Shown here one piece after another: positions 1 through 11,812 of a DNA stretch of 64,000 bases. A program made the position numbers and the translations under genes. Numbering within the stretch: the stretch's first letter is position 1; the number at the start of each line of letters is the position of its first letter. The DNA comes from Kudoa neothunni (taxonomy: Eukaryota > Animalia > Cnidaria): contig OZ199840.1 in NCBI GenBank assembly GCA_964304625.1, forward strand, positions 115,795 to 179,794, in the 5' to 3' direction. The notes beneath the pieces are model-generated. The model did no database searches and was not told the DNA's origin. It worked only from the letters and a program-made list of their open reading frames with translations.

Positions 1-2303
1 GAGGAGCATGTGTTTGAATTGACCGGGCTCGCAGTTGTATCAACTGTTGTAGCTGGGGCAACATTTGTGTCAGTTTCAGTTTGAGTAATAGATTCAGCTC
101 TTGCAATTTTTAATTCATTAATTTCTGATTTTAGACTTTGAATTTTACTAGTACCAGTTTGTCCTTGGTCGGGATTAGGACTGGATTCGGCTGGTGAGCT
201 TGGTGGAGTATTTTGAGTTTCTGGCGCAGCTGCTGGTGTCTGTGATGCTTCGCAGACGTAAACATCTTCAAACCTTTCATCTTTTTTTATTTGGATTGTA
301 TAATGACAAATGGCTTCTGGGACTTTTTTGGACAATTGTGCATTCAATTCCAATCCTTGCTCAGTGTATTTTTGAGTTATTCTCAAGGTTGCCAGATCTA
401 GATTGAGTTAATAAGTTAATTTTTTGAGAAATATACTCGTCGTAACATTTTCATATATGTGTTCCTTGTAATCCTTGTCAACAATGACCTTAACGTCGTA
501 AGAAGTGTTTGGTTCAAGATCAACAATAGTTATTGGTTCTCTACATCTTCCTCTACAGGGATTGGTTTCAGTACATTTAGCGGTGTAAAATGTATTTTTC
601 CCGGCTGGACTTACGTAATACTCGCAGTTTGGCTCATCATATTTATTAGATTCTGCTGTGCCTCCGATAGCTGTTAGTATAGTTGTTGATTCTGTTTTAG
701 TAGGGGCGGCTGCTTGAAAACTTTTATTATCCTCATTATCTTGTAAATATTATTAGTTAAGTTAATATTAAATTATTAGTTATTACTTGTTCTTATAAGT
801 ATTTTTTCTTTGAAGGAAGCTGGATCTGTTATACCAGATTCAATTTCGATGATGTATGGTTTCCCTGCAGACAGCCCTTCAATTACTAGTTTTTCGCAAC
901 CAGTTTTGCATTCACCACCTTCACTACCATCATTCTCCTTTTTAGTGGCCGCGTTACATGAAGTAGTTGAAGACGTGGGGTTGACTTTGTCAGCAGGATA
1001 ATGTTTTAGAGTGCATGTATTGAACTTAGGTTCCCGATGATGGATTTAAAAATCCCCCATCTAACGTTAAACCTTGTTTCGTATAAACAGATAATAAACC
1101 ATCTCCAGTCTCAGATATCGCTATAAGATTTATAATAAAATAATTATAATTATTGACTAAATAAATTACGAAATTTATTTTGGGAAAATCCATCAAAATC
1201 AGCAGATGTTTTTGAAAGATCGTGATTCCTGGTTTGAATTAGAACATTATATATCTCTTTTTCTGCTGTTACAGTTAGCTCAACGTCTTTGCATGGTGCG
1301 TAACACTTTCCTGCAGTATTTCCACAGTTTGATTCGAATTGTTGGTTATTTCCTGCAGATGTACCATCTTTAATACCAAAAACACAGATCTCAGATGATA
1401 GTGTTAAATCTGTGAATTTAAGGACAACATGATTAGCAGCTCCTGTCTTTTTAATAATATAATACTGAGGTTCATAAATAGCCATATTTTTCTTCATATA
1501 CGCATTTGGCATATAGTAAAAGAAACTTGGATAATTAATACATCTCATCTCATAGTGAGGAACCAATAAGTCAAATTCAACCTCATTATTAGTGTTTTCT
1601 GTGTCGCATGTTCCTCCATAGGTACCCGCTTTGAATTGTGCGTCTTTATAGTGAATAGGGCACGCAACTGGAGGACAAGTTTTAGTTAAGAGTTTTAGTT
1701 TTTTGCTCCCATCAACAGATATTGTTGCTTGGGGATTTACCAGTAACGCTAAATTAAATGATGATTTATCGATTCAAAATTATTTAAATTACGTATAGCC
1801 AAACCAAATACTTTCCCACCTTTTGGATAAGTCGCAGCTTTGGCAGCATTCGTATCAGTACTATCGAATACATATATGTATTTTGTTCGTGGGGTGAGTT
1901 TATTATATGTTTCTTTACTAGCTTGACTATTGCAATCTATCACACATTTGGTGTTACTATTAGTACTATCGTACTCGGGACAGTTTTCGATTTCTTCTAA
2001 GCCAGCTGCTGATGTTGAACCGAAACTGTTTGCGGATGCATTGGATATCAATATACGACACTTTTTTCCTTCGCCATAACTTGACCCAACAAGTATATGT
2101 TTTACTTTATTTGAATTACTAGCATCACCGTATTCAATTTGGTATTTGAGTGTTGCTGTGGGAGTAGACGCAGCTTGAGTTCCCGATACTGTTGCATTTT
2201 TTATCATACAAAATAATGCGACTTGCATGACTAACAAAAATTCATGATTGATAATAAGAAAATAAATACATAAGAGGAAATGCAAAAATTTATCTTTAAC
2301 CAT
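1..2303 (-). CDS. Surface-protein paralogue A, 3' end cut by the window edge; one +1 frameshift as assembled
   Basis: Exons 2270-2303, 1793-2230, 1170-1748, 787-1120, 437-739 and <1-397, separated by phase-1 GT-AG introns of 39-49 nt. Spliced N-terminus MVKDKFLHFLLFMQVALFCMIKNA is signal-peptide-like. An extra base in the ccc run at 1033-1035 makes exon 4 334 nt and gives a premature TAA; the frame is restored by comparison with copy C. Confidence 0.85.
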
Positions 2304-3497
2304 ACTAAAAGGTAAAAAAAAACAAATAGAAATGAATAAATCAATACTATAATTAGCCGATACTTGTATCGAATAAAAAGCCTATTGAAACGACTATATA
2401 CTTAAAGTCTTAATTCTTATTTACTATTAAATTAATAATTATGAATTTTATATAGCTATTAAAATGCTGAAAATTGCAAATTGAAACAATTATTTTATTA
2501 TATAGCTCAAATAAATTCGATAATACTTATCTCTCGTTCGCTTCTCCATAATAAATGCAAGGAAAAAATTAACGGATTGGACTAACCCTTACTGGATTAA
2601 AAAATAAGTTAAATATTGTTAAACTTCATAAACGATATTTACATTGACGTCATGCAAGGTCATCCTAGGTATAAATAATCTGAATAATTGGTAAAAATAT
2701 TTATTCGTATTCATTACGAATAAATCAATCATCTAGATAATTATAAATGTTAGACGACATATATTACGTTTGTGGTTTAATTTTGAGATCATTATAAATT
2801 TTGAAATTTTTTATTGTAGACATTATTTCCATTAAATATACTTGTAATAACCTATAGTTTTAAGTAATTATAGATCAACATGTTGCAACCTTAATTTCTA
2901 ACCATCATACATACAACATAAAGTAATTTAGTCATATTTTTCCTTACCAGAATTAATTATGGTCGCGACTTTGGTTTTTGGGGATTACTTTTATAATATT
3001 TTGATTAATTATATCCATAAGTATTTTAAAAAAATTATATAGCCAGAAATGGAAGAAACCCAATTTTTATGGAAATATCAAAGTATTGTCGTATGGTTGG
3101 AAAATAAAAATGAAGTTGTTTAGCGGATCCTATTTAATCTTGTGATTTCCGCCGTTTTTATATGCACATATAATAACTTCCATGATATTCTATCATAATT
3201 TTTCCTTTTATATTAATTCCATTTTTATAAATATAAATTGAATTTTACTTTAATTGAGATGGTTAACATTATTTCACAATCCGTTTATACACTTACCTAA
3301 ATAGCTTGGTCTAATTTATTTGTCACATCACATTCCAAGTATTGTTCCAATTATACTTTAAAGCTATTTAAAGTGTTACTATATCGAGCTCTTTTATATT
3401 CGAAAAATAATTATATTTTTTTTAATATCCCATGAAAAGATCAATAAACTGGATGCTCAAAATAATTTTAATCCAGTTAAAGTTTTAAAACATAATT
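2304..3497. repeat. Upstream flank of A, duplicated upstream of C (about 20744-21946)
   Basis: Colinear non-coding similarity visible by eye, e.g. aattaattatggtcgcgactttggtttttgggattac in both copies. Confidence 0.9.
2358..2371. promoter_or_regulatory. Palindrome CGATAC-TT-GTATCG about 55 nt upstream of the ATG
   Basis: Variants lie at the same distance upstream of C (~20800) and E (~58394, ccgacacttgtatcgg), with degenerate forms in B and D. Function is inferred only. Confidence 0.4.
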
Positions 3498-4613
3498 GTT
3501 TTTTTGCAAAAATATTGACCAGAAAAACGAAATACATTCCATAGGTCAAATATTTCATTCAATAATTCCTATACTCGAAATCATATCGGCCATTGTATTT
3601 CCAATCTGAAGTAATATTAGGTGTAGACAACAATTAAAAAACAGTTCCTATGTAAAGCTAAAATGATTTATGATATTTCTTATTAGATTACTGCGACTCC
3701 AACATTATTGCGAGACAATTATTACAATGTAATTTGTATCCAAGCGATACTACAGAACGTTAGCTTGAAATAATGACAAAATATTGTTTTTTAGTATTGA
3801 AAATCCAAACCAAAATACTCTTGAATATGAAATAAGTCATAAATACATATTAAACATACATTTATCAATTAAAAACTGTTTCATCAATGATCATTGTAAC
3901 CTTATGAACCGTAAACAATCGCGTATTATAGGTCGCATCCATAAAAATAAATGTTCTGTTGGATTTAGATTCATTTAAAAAATCTTCTTGTAAATATTGG
4001 AATGCTTTTAAGATAACTACAAATTATAAGACTATAAAACGTAATTAAAATAAAAGATTTTATTTCTTTATAATATGATCAGTTGTTATTAAAAGTCAGC
4101 AGAACTGGACTTTGAGAATTCATCATTATTATTATTATCACTTTCAGGATTCAGCAACAGTTGGTCGTTTGATATTACATTGTCATTAGTGACCATATCA
4201 CAGTACATTCAAACCCGGATTATCCAGAAAATTTGGGGCCGGCGAGGTTCCAGATAACCGAACATAAACAATTTCGTTCTCGCGCGCATTTTTTAAATTT
4301 CTACTTAAAGGATTCTTTACTTGATTAATAATCAATTTTTTACTATTTATATAATGAAATTTTTTAATTTCTTACACTTAAATTCAAAATGTTGACATAT
4401 CTATTAATGAAGAATAAGGAGGCTTGATTTAAAGGAAAAATAGTACATAATAATGGCAGTTTTTACACGTCTACAGAGGAGTAACGTATTTTTTTAACAA
4501 TCGATATTTAATTTTTGTTTATTATATCTACAGGCATGTGCTTAGATATAGTAAAAATTAATATAAGAACTGGATGCTTAATTTAAGTTTTAAAAGATAA
4601 ATTTATTACTAAA

Positions 4614-5819
4614 CTAGCTGGAACTGCCCAGCGTTGCTTGGGGATGATTTCGCCTAGAGGCATTTTTTAATAGCATTCAAAAAATATATTGAAATCTCGA
4701 ATTAATCCATAGAAACAAAATAACTAAAAATTTTTAAGCAAATTACTATAACGATTTGGATTTTGCAATTTAAATTATGGTAATTTTCTGTGAAGGAAAG
4801 TATCAATCCCTGTGTCCATTTAAAAATTCCGTGACTCGGCCCCAACTCTAAACAAGTTAAGGTCAGCGTTGTATTTTTTTCATTCCTAATTATTTAAATC
4901 CCGTTAAAGTGTTATCTAAAACGTTATTTTTTGGCCTGGAGGATTTTTAAAAGTCGAATTCTGATCCGGCTCGGTAACTGTGTGTACCACTAACTTTTTA
5001 AGAGATAAAAAAATAGAAAAAATAACAGAGATAGAAGAAAACTTATGATAATTAGCCGATATTGCTAAAATTAGCATCGTTTAGCTCGGCATAAACCTAC
5101 ATGCGCTTTTATCATAAACAACCACAAATCGCGTCGACTTCAACATAAACAATTTAAATAATTTGGTGAAATAAAAGTACAACCATCCGCATTGAATTTA
5201 ATCTCGTCAACTAAAACTTAGCAGACGATCTAATGAAACCTATGAACGCAGTATTTCCATTAAAACGCTTCAATCAATGTAACTTTAACGTTCTCCACGA
5301 ATTCGTTATTTATGAAACATATATAGATTTTTTACCACATTGAAAACAATTAATAGAACTTATAAAATATACTTATCAAGTCATATACGTTAAAACTCCG
5401 CAAATAAGGAGTGTGTTTAAAACAGACATCCAAATTGAAACGCCAACCTTATATATAAAGATAGACAGAAGCAGTTAATGAACATATGATGGAGCATATA
5501 AAGGAAGTAGTTAACTTCAACCGACTATAACCATGAAATAAGCAAGTGCTAATCCTATAGTTGAGCTCATTTAATCCGAAAAACAAACTTTAAATCGACA
5601 AAATCACTATTTCATAAATACTTTTTGGAAACTTTCGTAGTCCAAAAACAATTAAACGATTTTTGTAAATATCAAAAATTTATAAAAATTTTATATATGG
5701 TTCTCTATAAGGAAAAAATTATCCGCACATGCGTACTTAGGGGAATACATATACACACTGACACACACAAACAAACATACCGACAGTCCTCTTTTATATA
5801 TAAATATATATATAAAGGA
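4614..5819 (-). mobile_element. Non-autonomous Helitron-like element
   Basis: On the minus strand: 5' A|TCCTTTATATATA followed by a GTTT/GT microsatellite; 3' hairpin CCCAAGC-AAC-GCTGGG then CTAG|T. Inserted between A and T with no TSD. Confidence 0.7.
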
Positions 5820-6037
5820 TTTCTTAGATTGATTGTAATTTTTAGGACGAATTTTAAGGATTTTGATATTTTATACCTTAATGGTATTATAATCACGCGG
5901 GGAAGAGAAATATTCATAAAAGTCTAAAAATTTAATTATACTATATTATTAAAAAACAATAATAGTTATTTTAAAATAAAAAGGTTTTGAAAATATAACA
6001 CTATTAGCCGTATAATCTAAATTTTTATGGTTAGATT

Positions 6038-9000
6038 TTAGGGTAATAATTCGTAAATATGAGCGTTTATTTTTTTCTTCCTGAAAACCACGAAACCAAT
6101 AGCACCCATGATCATAGCTCCAATAGCGGCTACTGCAATGATTCTAAAACAATATCAGTTAAATTATAAAAACACAATAAATTAATACATGACCATGGTT
6201 TTAGAACTAAATGTAAAATTTATTTATGTTAAAAATATTAATTAATAAACCTTGAACTGCTTTTTGCTCCTAAAAGTTACAATTTAAATTATTTTCGAAC
6301 TAATAATGTTTTACCTTGCTCAATCGTAGCCGTCCCATAAACTGTTTTATCGGTGGAACTGTACACAGTCAAGTGATAATTGTTGCCATCTGCTAATCCA
6401 CTGATAGTGAATGATTTGCATGAAGGGTACGTTCTACATCCATTGTCATTTCGTCTCATGCATTTTTTAATAATTGCAATCGATTTGGTACTCGCATTAC
6501 GTAATTCCCACTTACATTTGGATTTTTCATTAAGACTAGATGGTAGGGTGTTTTCTATAACAAATGATTCACCATCCCTTGTTATGGTCACATATATTAT
6601 TTTGTCGTTTTCTGTGGGATTCCCCTTTGGAGCAGCTATTTATTTTAAATATAATAATAATATTGAAAATATTTTTACTAGCTACTAAAGTAATTTCATT
6701 TCGCTCTGATTTTCCCACTGCAGTAATAGACACTTTGTACTCTTCATTTGCATCATAGTCGTTAAATTTAATAGAACTGCACAATGGAAATGAGGAGCAT
6801 GTGTTTGAATTGACCGGGCTCGCAGTTGTATCAACTGTTGTAGCTGGGGCAACATTTGTGTCAGTTTCAGTTTGAGTAATAGATTCAGCTCTTGCAATTT
6901 TTAATTCATTAATTTCTGATTTTAGACTTTGAATTTTACTGGTAATAGTTGGTTGTTGGTCGGGATTAGGACTGGATTCGGCTGGTGAGCTTGGTGGAGT
7001 ATTTTGAGTTTCTGGCACAGCTGCCGGTGTCTGTGATGCTTCGCAGACGTAAACATCTTCAAACCTTTCATCTTTTTTTATTTGGATTGTATAATGACAA
7101 ATGGCTTCTGGGACTTTTTTGGACAATTGTGCATTCAATTCCAATCCTTGCTCAGTGTATTTTTGAGTTATTCTCAAGGTTGCCAGATCTAGATTGAGTT
7201 AATAAGTTAATTTTTTGAGAAATATACTCGTCGTAACATTTTCATATATGTGTTCCTTGTAATCCTTGTCAGCAATGACCTTAACGTCGTAAGGAGTATT
7301 TGGTTCAAGGTCAATTATTGTTATTGGTTCTCTACATCTTCCTCTACAAGGATTGGTTTCGGTACATTTAGCGGTGTAAAATGTATTTTTTCCAGCTGGA
7401 CTTACGTAATACTCGCAGTTTGGCTCATCTTTCTTATCAGTTCTTGCCGTATCTCCAATAGCTGTGAGTGTAGTTGTTGATTCTGTTTTAGTAGGGGCAG
7501 TTTCTTGGAAATTTTTGTTCTCCTCATTATCTTTTAATGATTATTAGTTTTGTTTATTTTTAATTTCAAATTATTACTTGTTCTTATAAGTATTTGTTCT
7601 TTGAAGGAAGTTAAATCTGCCATGCCACTGGACTCAATTTCAATTATATATGGTTTTCCCGGAGCCAGCCCTTCAATTATTAATTTTTCGCAACCAGTTT
7701 TGCAATCACTACTACTATCACCACTCTTTTTAGTGGTCGAATCACATTTAGTGGTTGATGCAGCGTGTTTGATTTTGTCAGCTGGGTAATGACTTAGAGT
7801 ACAACTAGTGAACTTGGTTTCTGATTCTGGCTTAAAGACTGCTGCGTCAAAAGATACACCTTTATTGGTATAATCTGACAATAAACCGTTTCCAGGCTCC
7901 AATATCGCTAATTATTAAATATATAATCTTATTAAATTTAATGATACCAAATTTTTTTTGTGAAAATCCATCTAAATCACCAATAGAAGTCTTTGAAAGG
8001 TCGTGATGCCTGGTTTGTACTAAAACGTTGTAAATATCTTTTGTTGCAGTCAAGGTAAGCTCAACATCTTTGCATGGTGCGTAACATTTTCCATCCTGAT
8101 TTCCACAGTTTGATTCGATTTGTTTGCTATTTCCTGCAGATGTACCATCTTTAATACCAAAAACACAGATCTCAGATGCTAGTGTTAAATCTGTGAATTT
8201 AAGAACAACTTGATTTGCAGCTCCTGTCTTTTTAGTAACATAATACTGAGGCTCGTAAATGGCCATATTATCCTTCATATACGCATTTGGCATATAGTAA
8301 AAGAAACTTGGATAATTAACACATCTCATCTCATAGTGAGGAACCAATAAGTCAAATTCAACCTCATTATCTCTGTTTGCTGTGTCGCATGTTCCTCCTA
8401 CAGTACCCGCTTTGAATTGTGCGTCTTTGTAATGAATAGGACACGCAACTGGAGAACAGGTTTTTGTTAGGAATCTCAATTTCTCGTTATTCTTAGACAT
8501 TGTTACTTGAGGATTTACCAGTAACGCTAAATTGAATAATATGATTTATTGATTAAAATTTGTTTAGATTACGTGTGGCCAATCCAAACACTTTTCCACC
8601 TTTTGGATATGTGTCTGCTTTAACTGTAGCCTCAACAGTATTATCATATACATATATATATTTTGTTCGTGGTGTGAGTTTATCATAAGGAACTTTACTA
8701 CCTTGACTATTACAAGCAATTATGCAATATTGGTTGTTATTCTCGGTGGTACTATATTCAGGGCAGGCCGTTATTTCTTCATATGCAGCTGCCCCTGTTT
8801 GGATACCATCGTTTGCGGCTCCATTGGACTTCAATAATCGGCACTTTTTATTATTTGAATAAGTAGAGCCGCCAAGTGTGTGCTTTATTACATTTGAGCT
8901 AGTGCCACTATCATATTCAATGTGATATTTGAGGGTTGCTGGAGGATCGGGTGCTGCATTATTTTCAATCAAATAAAGAAATGTGATTTGTATAACTATT

Positions 9001-9071
9001 ATTTATTAAATAACTATTACAAAACATTATATACAGAATAAATGATGTAGGAATTTTTGTATTGCTATCAT
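6038..9071 (-). CDS. Surface-protein paralogue B, 10 exons, type I membrane protein with FN3-like Cys-rich modules (881 aa as assembled)
   Basis: Exons 9035-9071, 8573-8995, 7948-8526, 7578-7907, 7228-7530, 6679-7188, 6315-6635, 6251-6269, 6189-6206 and 6038-6143 join in frame through GT-AG introns of 39-47 nt. N-terminus MIAIQKFLHHLFFIQITFLYLIENNA. C-terminus ..SSSKTMVIIIAVAAIGAMIMGAIGFVVFRKKK. FN3-like strands DLEPNTPYDVKV, GLAPGKPYIIEI, GLADGNNYHLTV. Confidence 0.9.
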
Positions 9072-11812
9072 TAACGAGATGGGGAAAACAATTACAACTG
9101 AATATATGAATGCTATATTAATGTCGATATTTGCGTCCGATAAGAAAATGAATTGGAACGAAAAATTTTTTTAATAGTATTATTTTTCTTTAATAATAGA
9201 TTTATCCAATAAATATTATTTTTTTCTTAATATTATATTATATAGTAACTTTAGAATTAAAAAATGAACTATGACCTAAAATTATGAAAGATTTGGAAGA
9301 TTATGACAATATTTTTGACTTACTATTAGAAAAATAAGAAAATGTAAATTCTAAGGTTCAACACTTATTTTTTTATTAAAGTAAATTGATTTGAAAAATC
9401 GCATACCGTACAATTTATAATGATCCATGATAAAATCATTTTTCCTTCACGTGTTTTTAGGAAATGCACGTTTCAAAAATGACAAATATATATAATTTTA
9501 ACTGTTAGCAATGATAAATTGATTAATTCCTAGATTATTTCGGTACCGACTGACATAGTTTATACCCGGAATGGTCGCACATAATCAAATTTTTACTTTA
9601 CTTTACTTTTCTTATCTATGTTATTATTATCATTTTTTAATCTCCCGATTTTTAAAAGTTGCAACAAATAATACTTTTATTATAATGGAAATGATAAATG
9701 AATCAAAATAATTGTTCAACAACACTAATTAATAAAGGTACTCGTTTTTATTGATAATCTCTAAAAAAGTAAAGGAATATTGAAAGAATCATATCTTTGT
9801 TAGAAAATTATCATAGAAGATCATTCAAAATTAATCCATTCATCAATATAGTTATTTATTAACAAAAATATTTACTATATACAAAATTATGAAGTAGAAT
9901 TTACTTATAGATTAATTTATAAATATTATTACAAAATCAAACATTTTGTTATACGAAACAACCAATTTTTGGTTTATTCGGCATCAGAAATTTAACATTT
10001 ATTAACTAAAAAAATTCAAATAGGTTGCTAAAAACTTTATTTTTATAATGAATACATTATCAACAACAATACTCGTTTATTTTATTATTTAATGTTGAAA
10101 AACTAAAATATCATTTTAACCGTGACAGTAAAAGAAAAATAATTCGTTTTATAAGTCAAGAATACATAAAATAAGAGATTATAAGACATAAATATTACAA
10201 ATTTTTGTATTACATTAAATTATAAAAAAATTATTTAGTTTAAAATATCCTGTATTGACATAGATGGTGAATCGTATTAGAGAAGTCGTTCAAATTAAAA
10301 TAATTTCTTGATCTAAAATATGCAGTAATAAAACGAATTCTTTTTAATTTCAAAATTAAACAACAACAATGATATCTCTACGAATAAAAATATATTCTGG
10401 ACAAAATGTGAAATAATTCCACTGTTGTTTTCTATATATGAAAGTAGTCTATTTCCTCAGTTAATCAAGTTAACCAAATTATTTTAATATAAATTAAATT
10501 ATGATTTTTATTTTGGGCAGTTTAGAAGTGAATGTTTTTCCTCTCAGTAAATTTTTAACTTATTAAAACATCTGTACTTCTCATATTTCTGAATAAACCA
10601 ATAGATTATTGATTACAAATATTATTTATAAAAAATAAAAATTTATCAGCCGTAGTTTTTTGAATGTCTGAATTAAAATTAAATATATTAAATAGCATCC
10701 ATGTTAGACTACTGAAATAACCCAAACCTGCAATATATTGTATCGATATTAAATAATTGAAATATTTTTATAGATAGGATAAATCAAAATTGAAATTTTT
10801 GTTATCTAAAACACAATGTTTGTTATTTCATTAAGCAGGAATATTGATTTAATAAAGATTAAACTAAAAACTTCTCTACGCAATTCTAATTAAAATTCAT
10901 TTTTAAATGATATATTTAAAATAACATTAATATAAATTTTTCAATAATACATCAACTCAAATGCCGAAAATGTCATTCCACGTTAAATGATCTTATCTCC
11001 ATTTTTTTAGTACATAATTTAATAAAATATACCATTCTTGACTTTATGGTGCCGTCAGACGTAGGAAACATGAGGCATTATTAAAAATATCCGTTTATGG
11101 ATCAATATCCGATCAATGTAAGTATTTCATTTTGTGTACATTCTTGCTATTGTATAACTCATAGGGTAGATGTTTCTTTGTATAATTTTTATTTTTTTCT
11201 GATAAATAACTACTTAATTTGTAAAATATATCTACTTATCAAAGTATAAAATTGTTATTCAAAATTTTTTTATGAATTTAACTTTATACTCAATGAAATT
11301 ATAAAAAATTTATTAAATGTCATCAATATTAATTAACTAAATGTATAATTATCTTATATAAGTATGAGATGAATTAAAGAATTTACCATAATTAGCATAA
11401 AATGATTAGACTAATCAAAAATTAATGCTTATTATTTAATAAAAATTTTGTATTAATATCTCTCATAACATAAAATGAGATAATAATGTATGAAAATAAA
11501 TTCACTGAATTTATTAAAAAATTTTGTTAGAACATACCAATCCGAAATCAATAGAGAAATTAAAGAAGGTAATTCTGACCTATTTAAATTTTTACAAAGA
11601 TTAAACATAACAATACTATTTATATAATAAATCTATTAAATTTATTTTAATCCTCTAACTACGTGAAATAAACGTACCCCTAACGACATTAGGGTAGATT
11701 TAACCCCAGATTTTCGTTGGATCATTATATTTGTAAAATTAATATATAGTAAAATGCGAAGTTTTAAAAAATTCATAAGAACAGATTTCTAGGAAAATAC
11801 AGAATATTCATA
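9072..11812. repeat. 2.7 kb upstream flank of B, duplicated upstream of D (about 31182-33925)
   Basis: Colinear similarity through to tctaggaaaatacagaatatt(c/g)ata in both copies. Confidence 0.95.

Noticed and set aside
194-1001. Recurrent plus-strand ORFs (MSLVEYFEF.., MFLVILV.., MLPSANP.., MIHHPLL..) repeated at each gene copy
   Set aside because: They are antisense shadows of the near-identical minus-strand exons; their recurrence follows from DNA duplication.
4204-4262. pogo-like terminal sequence
   Set aside because: Only one degenerate end, with no partner or coding remnant.
6569-6678. ORF-track C-termini such as SKNIFNIIIIFKINSCSKGESHRK and RNLNNFESINHHLI
   Set aside because: They are read-through into introns or out-of-frame exons, not real protein sequence.
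6685-6897. Overlapping minus-strand ORF MQELNLLLKLKL.. in an alternative frame of exon 6
   Set aside because: It starts at a non-ATG codon and lies in a segment homogenised at nucleotide level; there is no independent coding evidence.
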